Source of the DNA: a virus
Lineage: Duplodnaviria; Caudoviricetes
Strand: one strand, 5' to 3'
Length of the DNA stretch: 62,819 nt
Virus record (IMG/VR): IMGVR_UViG_3300025162_000007
Coordinates: 1 to 62,819 of that record
Numbering within the stretch: position 1 is the first letter of the stretch; the number at the start of each line of letters is the position of its first letter. Shown one piece after another: positions 8,562 to 17,776 of the stretch. The notes under the pieces were generated by a model. The model saw nothing but the letters and a program-made list of their open reading frames with translations, was not told the origin of the DNA and did no database searches. A program made the position numbers and the translations under genes.

Positions 8562-8854
8562 CAATGGTTACAAAGTGTGATACTATGAGTAGTGCAAGAC
8601 GTTTACTTAGGTGTAACTTGTATGACTTGATGCTAGAGATAGAAGACTTAATAGCGGACAACTTATCTGTCATTAGTAATGATGATAAGATAAAGTTACG
8701 TGCTGCTAATAGTCTACTAGCCAATGTATATGAGAGGCATACTGTAAAGTTAGATGCTAAGTTTAACAAAGAGAATAATATAGAGAGGTTTAAGTATGAT
8801 GAAAGCAAAGGTTTTATTAGACAGGGTATTAGTAAAGAAGGAAGTGGAGAGTAA
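8558..8854 (+). CDS. hypothetical protein
   Basis: 98-aa ORF overlapping its neighbours. Confidence 0.6.
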   Translation: MTMVTKCDTMSSARRLLRCNLYDLMLEIEDLIADNLSVISNDDKIKLRAANSLLANVYERHTVKLDAKFNKENNIERFKYDESKGFIRQGISKEGSGE

Positions 8855-9071
8855 GACTACTAGTGGTGGTATCATTATACCTGATACTATCAGAAGTAAT
8901 AACTTTATTAAGGCTACTGTTATCACTTGTGGTAAAGATATACATGACATAATAGCTGGAGAAGTATTACTTATTACTAAGAATACTGGTATAGATATTT
9001 CAGTAGGAGAAGATACCCTTACCATACTTAGAGAAGGTGAAATACTTTGTAAGTTATATGAGGAGGAATAG
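8796..9071 (+). CDS. groES: co-chaperonin GroES (Cpn10)
   Basis: LLDRVLVK, KTTSGGIIIPD mobile loop, TILREGEILC. Confidence 0.92.
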   Translation: MMKAKVLLDRVLVKKEVESKTTSGGIIIPDTIRSNNFIKATVITCGKDIHDIIAGEVLLITKNTGIDISVGEDTLTILREGEILCKLYEEE

Positions 9072-9072
9072 T

Positions 9073-9465
9073 ATGCCAACAACACACTTTAGTACGGAAT
9101 ATGCACAGTACTTAGAAGAACATAGATGTATTTATGAACAGATACGACGTAACCGTCAACAGATGCCGGAAGTACGTTACTTACGTAGTGGTATAAATAT
9201 ACAACAACAATATGAAGCTAGTAGTGGCAGGGGTATGCCAATACAACATGCTGCTGTTGAATTACTTAACCCATTTGTAACTATAGAAGGAACAGATTAT
9301 GTAATAGTAAAAGGAGTTAAGGTAAAGAAGGAAGAGATGTCGTTACTTCAAGAGTTAGTATATACTAATGAGTATAGAGAGCCATCTAAATTAGCTACTC
9401 AACAATTTAATATAGAGGAATTAGAAAGAATATATCAAGAAGTAATTAGAGTAAGACGTAGATGA
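9073..9465 (+). CDS. hypothetical protein containing an EEMSLLQELV motif variant
   Basis: ATG 9073 after AGGAGG. Confidence 0.7.
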   Translation: MPTTHFSTEYAQYLEEHRCIYEQIRRNRQQMPEVRYLRSGINIQQQYEASSGRGMPIQHAAVELLNPFVTIEGTDYVIVKGVKVKKEEMSLLQELVYTNEYREPSKLATQQFNIEELERIYQEVIRVRRR

Positions 9466-9659
9466 CAGTAAAGAGAAGTGAACTAATACTAACAATAGTT
9501 AAGTATATAAGGAAGAGAATGGAGTGGGATAACACTACTCCATTATCTTCTATTATATATAGCGAAGTCAATAAGCATGGTAGAAACAGTCAGACTAATC
9601 GCTTTAATAACAATTTACTTAAAGAGGTAAAGGCATACTTTAAAGATGAACTCAAGTGA
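9462..9659 (+). CDS. hypothetical protein
   Basis: ATGA overlap; 65 aa. Confidence 0.6.
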   Translation: MTVKRSELILTIVKYIRKRMEWDNTTPLSSIIYSEVNKHGRNSQTNRFNNNLLKEVKAYFKDELK

Positions 9660-11301
9660 ACGCACAATTATAGACTACACTGGTTTGTACTACATAGTAC
9701 AGTTACCAATAGGCACACCTCTAGCTTGGAAGCACAACTGTATACTTAGAGAGTACATAAAGTCATGTACTTCAAAGTACACTTGGGCTGAAAGACTAAA
9801 GTATAACGGGGACAGTAAGTTATGGACTACTGAGTTACCTAACTATAAAGTTATAGTAGACTTACTAGCATATCTTAGAGATAATCACTTGCCTTTCTTT
9901 GCTACTGATAAGTTGATTACTAAGATTACTGAGCTAGAAAACTATGATGCTAGAGGTAAACTTAATACTATAGAGTTAAAAGCAGAGAATATCAAGGGTA
10001 TAAAATTACCCTTAAGAAATTACCAATATACAGCAGTAAAGTTTCTAGAAGATGCTGGTGGTAAAGCTATCATTGCATTAGGTACTGGTGTAGGAAAGAC
10101 ACTTGTGGCACTTAGTTACTGTATAAAGAATAACAAGAAGGCTATTATAATATGCCCCTCTCAAGGTGGCAAGACAAAGCGAAGCTGGGCGTATGAAGTA
10201 TATAAGTGTACAGACAAGCAACCGCTAATTATATGGAGCGGTAGTAAACTAGATTTGGTACAGTACTGTAATGCTGACTTCATCATAGTTAACTATGAGT
10301 TATTAGATAAGTTTCGTGGATTACTACTTAACTTGATAAATCTACATGGTTTTGATACAGTAATAATAGATGAAAGTCACTCAATAAAAAACTTGAAAGC
10401 TAAACGTACTAGTAGTATACATGAGTTAAGTATGAACTGTACTGGAAGAATACTACTAAGTGCTACTGCTATACGTAATAAACCTGATGAGATATACAGT
10501 CAGTTAAATCTAGTTGCACCTGAGAGGTTTAATAATAAACGTAACTTTAAAGAAAAGTATTATGGCAAGCGTATGTTTCAAGGTAACAAGTTCTTCTATA
10601 CTAGACAGAGTAAGATACAACTTACTAACCTTAACCTTGATATACAAGGGTGCTACTTCTATCGTGATAAGATGAAGATAGTATTTGAGTTACCCTCTCT
10701 AATGATAGAAACTATTTACTATGACTTACCTACTAAAATAAGAAGTACACTTGAGGTACAGAATAAGCAACAACAGTTTCAAACACTTGCTCATGCTATG
10801 ATACCTAATACTGTTAAGCTAGTAGAGAAGTTATTGTTAGATGAAGATAATAAAAAGATAATACTATACTCAGGGTTTGTTGCTGTAGTAGAGGAGTTAA
10901 CTAAGCGACTAGGTAAACTTGCTACACTAAATCATGGTAGACTAACAAGTACTGAGCAACAGGATAACTTTAAAAGTTTTGTAGAGGATAGTAAGACTAG
11001 AGTAATAGTTGCAACCTACCAGTCACTGAGTGAGTCTATTAACTTACAGGAACAAAGTAGTATAGTAGTATTTAATGATACCCCATACCTTACTGCTCAG
11101 ATAGAACAAGCATATGGTAGAGTATATAGAATAGGACAGAAGGATACTTGCTACTGTTATCTTCAAGGCTTTAGTGATACTTATACTGATGAAGTATTTA
11201 CTATCATAGAGAATAAAGATATCATACTTAAGAAAGTATTAGAAGGTAAAGACAAGGAAGGTAGCTTTTGTAATCAAGTAATAAAACCAAAGGATTGCTA
11301 A
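9646..11301 (+). CDS. SNF2-family (SF2) helicase/translocase
   Basis: LRNYQ (Q motif), GTGVGKT, IIDESH, LLSATAIRN, ESINLQ, QAYGRVYRIGQ. Confidence 0.93.
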   Translation: MNSSERTIIDYTGLYYIVQLPIGTPLAWKHNCILREYIKSCTSKYTWAERLKYNGDSKLWTTELPNYKVIVDLLAYLRDNHLPFFATDKLITKITELENYDARGKLNTIELKAENIKGIKLPLRNYQYTAVKFLEDAGGKAIIALGTGVGKTLVALSYCIKNNKKAIIICPSQGGKTKRSWAYEVYKCTDKQPLIIWSGSKLDLVQYCNADFIIVNYELLDKFRGLLLNLINLHGFDTVIIDESHSIKNLKAKRTSSIHELSMNCTGRILLSATAIRNKPDEIYSQLNLVAPERFNNKRNFKEKYYGKRMFQGNKFFYTRQSKIQLTNLNLDIQGCYFYRDKMKIVFELPSLMIETIYYDLPTKIRSTLEVQNKQQQFQTLAHAMIPNTVKLVEKLLLDEDNKKIILYSGFVAVVEELTKRLGKLATLNHGRLTSTEQQDNFKSFVEDSKTRVIVATYQSLSESINLQEQSSIVVFNDTPYLTAQIEQAYGRVYRIGQKDTCYCYLQGFSDTYTDEVFTIIENKDIILKKVLEGKDKEGSFCNQVIKPKDC

Positions 11302-11330
11302 GGCAATCATTTATACTAAAGGAGGATTAA

Positions 11331-12092
11331 ATGGATATACAAAAAGAGTTTGAAAAGTGGTGGGGAGAAAATAAAAAAAGTTATCTCCAATGGGCAGATG
11401 AAGTAAATGCAAAACAAACAGGGAAAAAGGCTTTCCAAGCTGGTGCTGAACTTATGTCTGACGAGCTATCAAAGTCTAACACTAGAATAGTAGAACTAGA
11501 GGCAGTAGTCAGTAGCCAAGCGAATGAGATAGAGAAGTTAAAAGAGAATATAATTAAACTTGGAGCTAGAATAGTAGAGGGTAATTTTAAGACATCAGAC
11601 CTACAACAAAGGCTGGATAAAGCAGTAGAAATACTAAAAGACGGTGAACACAAAGCCCCTACTTGTAGAGTTATTAAAGCACTAGAAGTTTTAGAGGCTA
11701 ATCCATTGAATACAAGTCAGGTAGGAACGACGACTTCTGCGAACTCGGTTAAGAGCTGTGTTTCCTGTATACACGATAATGACAGTGACAGTGAGCAATT
11801 ACTCCCTATATGTGAGGCTTGTGTTAATGATTGGGTAATAGAATATGTTAACTGGAAACCAATTCCAAGTCAGGTAGAGAGTAAGGACCAACTACTAACT
11901 ACTAATGAAAGTAGTAGCAAAGTAGTAGAAAAGAGTTGTGATAATTGTGCAACAGACCCTTGCTCTAAACCACAAGACAGAAGATGTAAAGAGTGTTCTT
12001 ATAGCAGAGAAAGAAATATATCTATGGACGGTGATACTTTTTATAAAGATAATTGGACAGCGTCAATAGAGAGTAAAGAGGTAGAGAAATGA
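11331..12092 (+). CDS. coiled-coil protein with two duplicated Cys-rich modules
   Basis: AAGGAGG SD; KSCVSC...CEAC...NW and KSCDNC...CKEC...NW. Confidence 0.75.
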   Translation: MDIQKEFEKWWGENKKSYLQWADEVNAKQTGKKAFQAGAELMSDELSKSNTRIVELEAVVSSQANEIEKLKENIIKLGARIVEGNFKTSDLQQRLDKAVEILKDGEHKAPTCRVIKALEVLEANPLNTSQVGTTTSANSVKSCVSCIHDNDSDSEQLLPICEACVNDWVIEYVNWKPIPSQVESKDQLLTTNESSSKVVEKSCDNCATDPCSKPQDRRCKECSYSRERNISMDGDTFYKDNWTASIESKEVEK

Positions 12093-12376
12093 AAATAATT
12101 AAATGGAAAGCAAAATGGTTTAAAAACTTAAGTTTACTTTATAAAGATAATAACTTAATAACAACGGTAGATAACTTAACTAGTTGTAATCCTAGTAGGG
12201 TATTTATTAATCCTAAAGATGCTACTAAACTACATAATATATTACATAAAGAGTTTAAAAAGGATTACCCTTACTTAAGTAAACATAATATACAAAGTAG
12301 TGTTGCTGCATACTTACTCAATCTTGAACCTGTTAATACTAAAGGAATAACGAAAGGATGGATACTAATAATATGA
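12089..12376 (+). CDS. hypothetical protein
   Basis: ATGA overlap, GAGG SD. Confidence 0.65.
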   Translation: MKIIKWKAKWFKNLSLLYKDNNLITTVDNLTSCNPSRVFINPKDATKLHNILHKEFKKDYPYLSKHNIQSSVAAYLLNLEPVNTKGITKGWILII

Positions 12377-12867
12377 TATGGTTTACAAGTGATACTCACT
12401 TTGGACACAGTAACATAATAGGTTATTGTCAACGTGAGTATAGTGATGTAGTAGAAATGAATGAAGATATAATCCGTAAATGGAATAGTAAAATACAGGA
12501 AGGTGATACTGTATATCACTTAGGTGACTTTGGGTTTGGTAACTCACACTTTATTAAGACTTGTTATGATAGGTTAAAGGGAAAGAAGATATTACTTAAA
12601 GGTAATCACGATAAGAAGAACTTAAAGATACTTCCATTCTTAAGTGATAGTATATTAGTTGTACACTATGATAGATATTTACTAGTACTGTGTCACTATC
12701 CTATGTTAAGTTGGCCTCATATGGCATATGGTAGTATTCACTTACATGGGCATACCCATAGAGAAACTCCTACCGATACTAAACTTAATAGATTTAATGT
12801 ATGTGTTGAGAATAATAGGTTTTATCCAGTAAGTATAGAAGAAATACTGGCACAATATAACAAATAA
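12358..12867 (+). CDS. calcineurin-like metallophosphoesterase
   Basis: SDTHFGH, LGDF, GNHD, CHYP, HGHTH motifs. Confidence 0.93.
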   Translation: MDTNNMIWFTSDTHFGHSNIIGYCQREYSDVVEMNEDIIRKWNSKIQEGDTVYHLGDFGFGNSHFIKTCYDRLKGKKILLKGNHDKKNLKILPFLSDSILVVHYDRYLLVLCHYPMLSWPHMAYGSIHLHGHTHRETPTDTKLNRFNVCVENNRFYPVSIEEILAQYNK

Positions 12868-12901
12868 CTTGTAACAAATAAGTATACCTTTTTGTTACAA
12901 G
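12868..12901. terminator. 11-bp perfect inverted repeat at the convergence of the two arms
   Basis: CTTGTAACAAA-12 nt-TTTGTTACAAG between convergent stop codons. Confidence 0.55.
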
Positions 12902-12902
12902 G

Positions 12903-13394
12903 CTATATTATTTTATCACACAGTCCTAACTCTAATGCTTGGGCAGCAGTTAACCACACTTCAGGTTTACCCTTAATTAATTTACGCCAAAATGTCACAG
13001 ACTTTTTACTATTGTCTGCTAGTATTCTATAGTACTGTTCATCAAACTTACGTACTTGTTTAATCCAATCTTCCATTTCTGACATATCCATTTCATCAGT
13101 CACCTGTAGTTGACTTTCATGTATCATTAGCCATGCGTCTTTTTCCATGTGTCGCTTATCCCCACACACAAACATAGCAACTGCCTCTGAACATACGTGT
13201 CCAAAGGCAACTGTTGTTATTGGAACCTTACATAATCTTACTCTACCAGAGAAAGCAAGTCCTGCACCTATGTCCCCACCATCACTACTAATGTGTAGTC
13301 TTATAGGTTCACCTATCTTTTCTAACTGATTCATAATAGCATCAAACTCGCCAAACTTATTATCTACTTCTGACGCAAAAGTGAACTGCTGCAT
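12903..13394 (-). CDS. clpP: ClpP-like (S14) peptidase
   Basis: ISSDGGD, VCSEAV (Ser), LMIHE (His), EVWLTAAQALELGLCDKI. Confidence 0.88.
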   Translation of the reverse strand: MQQFTFASEVDNKFGEFDAIMNQLEKIGEPIRLHISSDGGDIGAGLAFSGRVRLCKVPITTVAFGHVCSEAVAMFVCGDKRHMEKDAWLMIHESQLQVTDEMDMSEMEDWIKQVRKFDEQYYRILADNSKKSVTFWRKLIKGKPEVWLTAAQALELGLCDKII

Positions 13395-13403
13395 ATGTTA
13401 CCT

Positions 13404-13802
13404 CTATAGAAATAATGCTGTTGCTACAACTTGTCCTTTACTTATTCTTTTAGGTGCTTTATTAAAGTTAATAACTCTTATCTTAAATGTTTCTGCCGTT
13501 GGTGCAATGTGGGTAACTGGTATAAGACTATCCTTAACCATCACTTGTGGGTTAGCTAGTATGATAGCTTCTCCATACGCTTTAGGAGTGCTCTCAGTAT
13601 GTACTTCTATCAGCACACTGTCACCATACACTAAGTATGCCATACTATCACTTATAACATTACAGGTTTTAGGAGCCTTATATATAAAGGACGTATCTTC
13701 TTTTGTGGTTACTATGGGGACTTCTACTACTTTATCCTTTGTTACAATTAGTACTGGTTTTATTTTAGGTTGAAACTTTTTTCTTTCTGCTATTGTTTTC
13801 AT
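13404..13802 (-). CDS. degenerate trimeric dUTPase-like fold protein
   Basis: C-terminal FKIRVINFNKAPKRISKGQVVATALF resembles the dUTPase motif IV region; RSG and GVIDxDYxG motifs absent. Confidence 0.45.
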   Translation of the reverse strand: MKTIAERKKFQPKIKPVLIVTKDKVVEVPIVTTKEDTSFIYKAPKTCNVISDSMAYLVYGDSVLIEVHTESTPKAYGEAIILANPQVMVKDSLIPVTHIAPTAETFKIRVINFNKAPKRISKGQVVATALFL

Positions 13803-14026
13803 TCTATGAACCTCCCATTAGTTACTATTACTTCTCCATCTATTGCTTCAACTGTACATTCAAAATCATAGTATTCTCTACCACAGTCTGGACATACAAC
13901 TGGTATGCCATTATCAAAATTACTTAACTCCATACTAATTAGTATAGCATCATCATCTTCAGTAGTATGTTCAACTAACTTTTCCTTTATCTCCTTCACT
14001 TGTTCTTCTACACTTTTAGTTTTCAT
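13799..14026 (-). CDS. small hypothetical protein with CPDCG
   Basis: ATGA overlaps on both sides. Confidence 0.7.
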   Translation of the reverse strand: MKTKSVEEQVKEIKEKLVEHTTEDDDAILISMELSNFDNGIPVVCPDCGREYYDFECTVEAIDGEVIVTNGRFIE

Positions 14027-14343
14027 TTCTTTACTCCTTTAATATAATTTAGTAACCATTCTCTAGCTTCTTGCTCTTCCATTTTAACCATGAGTAGTTC
14101 AGTTGTGTATACTTCTAGTGCATCTGTAAACTGTTGAATAGTAATATCTTCCCTTTCATCACGCTTTTCATATGCCCATCTAAAGGGAGTCTGTAGTTCA
14201 AAACTATATCTGTATTTAATATCCTTATCTACTATATCAAACCACATACAACCATTAAGAAGTTTTCTAGTCTGCTTCTTAAGTTTATGTATACTTCTAT
14301 TTGCCTTCCTTACACTATTTACTAACTTACTAATAGTTATCAT
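14023..14343 (-). CDS. hypothetical protein
   Basis: 106-aa ORF in operon. Confidence 0.7.
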   Translation of the reverse strand: MITISKLVNSVRKANRSIHKLKKQTRKLLNGCMWFDIVDKDIKYRYSFELQTPFRWAYEKRDEREDITIQQFTDALEVYTTELLMVKMEEQEAREWLLNYIKGVKK

Positions 14344-14546
14344 TAATGTTTACTCCCTTCATTCTGTTCCTTAATGTCTTTACCCGTCCACCCTTGCCCC
14401 TTTAATCTAAAGGAAGAAGTAGTAGGTACTCGCTTCATCTGTACTTTACAAGTAGGACAGAGGAATGGGTTATCCAATTCCTCTATACTACGTATAACTT
14501 CTAGCTCTACATTACAAGTAGGACAACTATAAAGGTATACTGGCAT
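14343..14546 (-). CDS. FmdB-family zinc-ribbon protein
   Basis: MPVYLYSCPTC...CPTC...FRLKGQGW. Confidence 0.88.
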   Translation of the reverse strand: MPVYLYSCPTCNVELEVIRSIEELDNPFLCPTCKVQMKRVPTTSSFRLKGQGWTGKDIKEQNEGSKH

Positions 14547-14547
14547 A

Positions 14548-14604
14548 CTAGCAACCTTTCTTTGTAGATTTTTTTGCTGGCTTCTTTACTGGTTTTGCTT
14601 TCAT
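14548..14604 (-). CDS. 18-aa lysine-rich micro-ORF MKAKPVKKPAKKSTKKGC
   Basis: ATGA overlap with the upstream ORF; ends 1 nt before the FmdB start. Confidence 0.5.
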   Translation of the reverse strand: MKAKPVKKPAKKSTKKGC

Positions 14605-14756
14605 TTAGTTTTCCCCCTGTTTTTTTTAGTTGCTACTTTTACTGGTAGCTTTTTGTAGTTAGTTTTACTAGCCCACTCTGGTGCAGCCTTCTTCATCTTA
14701 CTACCCAATGCTCCTGAAAATGCAGCAGCACTTTGTTTCTTACTTTTAAATGGCAT
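14601..14756 (-). CDS. 51-aa basic protein (MPFKSKKQ...EW...KLPVKV)
   Basis: GGAGG SD, first gene after a strong promoter; the MPFKSxxQ start is a recurrent small phage protein pattern. Confidence 0.7.
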   Translation of the reverse strand: MPFKSKKQSAAAFSGALGSKMKKAAPEWASKTNYKKLPVKVATKKNRGKTK

Positions 14757-14778
14757 TTTACTTTCCTCCATTGTTTAT

Positions 14779-14807
14779 ATAATAACACACTTCAATTACT
14801 TTGTCAA
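14779..14807 (-). promoter_or_regulatory. sigma70-type promoter
   Basis: On - strand: ccc-TTGACA-17 nt (ending TGT)-TATTAT. Confidence 0.8.
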
Positions 14808-15176
14808 GGGCTTCTTTTTTAGCTTGTGATATCTAGTATGTTCAGCAGTAGTAGCATACAACTTCAAGTTATCTATATTATTATTAAGTTTATCATTATC
14901 TATATGATGTACTACCTCTAACTTAGTTAACTTCCTACCAAGATGCTGCTCCATTACTAATCTATGCTGACGTACTTCTTTACCCTCTATCCACATTACT
15001 AAGTATCCTTCATCATTAGTATGCCAACCCTCACCTGTGCCTAATCTAGGTGGATTAAGCTTCATTCTACACGCATGGCACATCTTACCCCTACGTTTCT
15101 TCACTAATATAGTTATCTTACCACAGCACGGACAGCGAAAGCCCCTGCCAATGGCTTTTCTAGGCTCCTTAATCAT
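14796..15176 (-). CDS. HNH endonuclease with N-terminal Zn ribbon
   Basis: HRLVMEQHLGRKL...VVHHIDNDKLNNNIDNL. Confidence 0.88.
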   Translation of the reverse strand: MIKEPRKAIGRGFRCPCCGKITILVKKRRGKMCHACRMKLNPPRLGTGEGWHTNDEGYLVMWIEGKEVRQHRLVMEQHLGRKLTKLEVVHHIDNDKLNNNIDNLKLYATTAEHTRYHKLKKKPLTK

Positions 15177-15427
15177 CTTTTTTTAACCTTATCTATATAT
15201 TCATACTTACTCCGCTTGACATCATCAATGTGTCTACCAAACTTATAGCTTCTGCTCTGTTGGTTTACCTTACTTACTGTTGATGATGATACTCCTACTG
15301 GTTCAAGCACATCACATTCAGTACCACACTCTCTACACTTGTATATCATAGTATCTTCTCTAACTAGAGAGCCAATGAATAGCTTATCACACTTAGGACA
15401 GTAAGTATTACGTTGTATCCACTTCAT
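15173..15427 (-). CDS. Zn-ribbon hypothetical protein
   Basis: CPKC...CREC. Confidence 0.7.
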   Translation of the reverse strand: MKWIQRNTYCPKCDKLFIGSLVREDTMIYKCRECGTECDVLEPVGVSSSTVSKVNQQSRSYKFGRHIDDVKRSKYEYIDKVKKR

Positions 15428-15467
15428 TCCTTTACCTCTCTATGCTTAAGTATCTTTTCTATTTAAA

Positions 15468-17315
15468 TCAATCCACTTCATTTTGTTTATACCTTTTTCT
15501 TTGTCCTGCTTCTTTTTGTCTAGCCTTCCCCCATACACTACGAGGACGTAGATAACCAACAATACGTTCCCATATCTCAACTTGTGCATCACAACAAGGA
15601 CTAGTTTTAAATATTCCTACAACATTTTCACCACACTTAGTACATCTTGATATACCATAGTTAATTGCTTGGTAAATAACTCCTTGTTTAGCACTATATT
15701 CTATAAGTCTTTTCATCTGTTTAGCTGATGTAAGTGTTTCATCTAAATTAATATGGAGTATCCCTCCTCCTTGAGTAAGTTTATCTAATTTACCTTGTAC
15801 TTTTATTCTGTCTTTTATATCTGCGTTAACTGAAAGAGGAAGATATTGATTACTTAATATTTCATACTTAGTATTAAACTTAAAGTTGGTTTTGTTCGCT
15901 AAAGTAACTCCTAATGATTCAGCAGGTACTTGTTCTAGATTAAACATAACTTTAGTAAAAGTATGTGTATCAGTATTCCATTTATTTATAGTATTAAGTA
16001 TTTTTGCAGCTAACTCAGTACCTTCTTTAGTTACTATATCTGAACCTAATACTTCTATTGCTTCATTAAGTCCTACAAATCCTATAGTACAGAATTGTCT
16101 ATCAAGTGAAGCCCAACCTTTACTATATAATGGATGTTTTCCTGCTGATACAGCTACCTCTAGCATACGCCTGTGAGCTACTAATATATCTACAGCTAAA
16201 TCATAAGTATGTTTTAATTTATTAAAAAAATCTACATCATCTCTAGCTTCAAGTGCTGCCATTACTAGATTAAGTACTACGACACGAGTGCTGCCAACAG
16301 AAATAGAAGGGTTGCCAAGAGTAGAAGAAAATAATTTGGTGTCACTAATAAGACGACAACAACTACTAAGATTTCCAATATCCCCAGTATAGATGTTGAA
16401 TGTTCCACGTTTATAATTGACTTCAGACAACCAATTAAGAAACTCCTCATCTTGTATCTTATCTTCCTTTTTGTACATAGAAGCAGTTAACACTGGAAAA
16501 GTAAGTAACTGTTCAGTTTCATTCATTTTTATAAAGTGCTCGCTAAACCATTGCTGTAGTTTATTAACGCCTTTTAAGTCTACCTTACTACCATCAGGAT
16601 ATGTAACATGACTAAATAAATCTTTCATAAAGTATTTATCATATATGGTTAAGTTAACAAATGCTGATTGACTGGCACGAAATGGAAAGTTAAAGCTGTA
16701 TACTAACTTCTGAAATAATTGCTCTACTTCTTCAGTAGCTTCTGCATAATAATTAACTCCATAATCATTTCTTAAGTACCAGTCTAAGTATATAAATAAA
16801 TCTCCATAACTTACTGCACCTGCTTGAGAGTTGCTAATGTATGCTGTTGTCTGTATTAGTATATCAATAAATGACTGAGCGTGTTTTGGGGGTTTTACTT
16901 TAAGCCCTACAATAAAAGGCATTCCTTCAAAAACCAGTGGTTGTAAACTATAACTATAACAGTAACTACTAAACCAACGTGTTAAGTCACAAACATATAA
17001 GTTACCTTCTTTAATAGCGGTATAGTGTTGTACTCCAATTTGATTACGAATGTAATCATAAGCTGCTTTCTTAAACATTGCTTTTGGTGCTTCACTATAG
17101 TAACTTATAACGGAAGTATCTACTACATTTGCATTATCGTCTATGGTCTGATGACTTGTTACTGCTGTTCCTATAAACTTATCATAGTATTTTAATCCAT
17201 CTACCTTATCTTCTGTTAAACCATCTGTTGTTTTATAAAACATTTCCCTTCTAAATCTCTGTGCTTCTGTTAAAAATGCTACGTTACGTGTCTTTACTTC
17301 TACCACTTTATCCAT
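15468..17315 (-). CDS. nrdD: anaerobic (class III) ribonucleoside-triphosphate reductase
   Basis: SQAGAV, LSSCCRL, EQVPAES, CTKC...CC Zn site, RIVGYL glycyl-radical motif; no obvious ATP cone. Confidence 0.95.
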   Translation of the reverse strand: MDKVVEVKTRNVAFLTEAQRFRREMFYKTTDGLTEDKVDGLKYYDKFIGTAVTSHQTIDDNANVVDTSVISYYSEAPKAMFKKAAYDYIRNQIGVQHYTAIKEGNLYVCDLTRWFSSYCYSYSLQPLVFEGMPFIVGLKVKPPKHAQSFIDILIQTTAYISNSQAGAVSYGDLFIYLDWYLRNDYGVNYYAEATEEVEQLFQKLVYSFNFPFRASQSAFVNLTIYDKYFMKDLFSHVTYPDGSKVDLKGVNKLQQWFSEHFIKMNETEQLLTFPVLTASMYKKEDKIQDEEFLNWLSEVNYKRGTFNIYTGDIGNLSSCCRLISDTKLFSSTLGNPSISVGSTRVVVLNLVMAALEARDDVDFFNKLKHTYDLAVDILVAHRRMLEVAVSAGKHPLYSKGWASLDRQFCTIGFVGLNEAIEVLGSDIVTKEGTELAAKILNTINKWNTDTHTFTKVMFNLEQVPAESLGVTLANKTNFKFNTKYEILSNQYLPLSVNADIKDRIKVQGKLDKLTQGGGILHINLDETLTSAKQMKRLIEYSAKQGVIYQAINYGISRCTKCGENVVGIFKTSPCCDAQVEIWERIVGYLRPRSVWGKARQKEAGQRKRYKQNEVD

Positions 17316-17776
17316 TCCCCTTTCTCCTTTGTGTAATAGTTTTGATTACTTGACGCTAGAAATCCACCTGCGTTTAACTCAGGGATAAACTTACCTGTTT
17401 TAAGCATGTCTATTTTATCTAATATACTACTTGGTACCTCCTCCTTTTCGTATGCTGTGTATAAGCATACACTTAACTTTAACTTTCTTACTTCATCAAT
17501 AAGCTGCTCTAGTTTCTTATTGTCCTGCATCAGTGGCTCTCCCCCCATTAAGCACACTGTATCTATTAGCTCATCATATGTAATTAGAGTGTTGATGATA
17601 TCTGTTAAGCTTGTTTCTTTATCTGGTTTATAAGTATGAAGGTTTGGGTTATGACAGTAACTACATTTCATTATACACCCATTAAAGAATATAGTAGCTG
17701 ATACATGGTTAGGTACATCTATAAAGCTTACTTGTACATTCTCAATACTAAGTGGCTTACCTTTTAATTCATTCAT
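17300..17776 (-). CDS. nrdG: anaerobic RNR activating enzyme (radical SAM)
   Basis: GCIMKCSYCHN CxxxCxxC, MGGEP, SSNQ; adjacent to nrdD. Confidence 0.93.
   Translation of the reverse strand: MNELKGKPLSIENVQVSFIDVPNHVSATIFFNGCIMKCSYCHNPNLHTYKPDKETSLTDIINTLITYDELIDTVCLMGGEPLMQDNKKLEQLIDEVRKLKLSVCLYTAYEKEEVPSSILDKIDMLKTGKFIPELNAGGFLASSNQNYYTKEKGEWIKW

Noticed and set aside
13381-13773. Antisense ORFs in the track (e.g. 13381..13773, 28228..28734, 43167..43607, 62000..62344)
   Set aside because: They are shadows of well-supported genes on the opposite strand, without SDs or recognisable motifs
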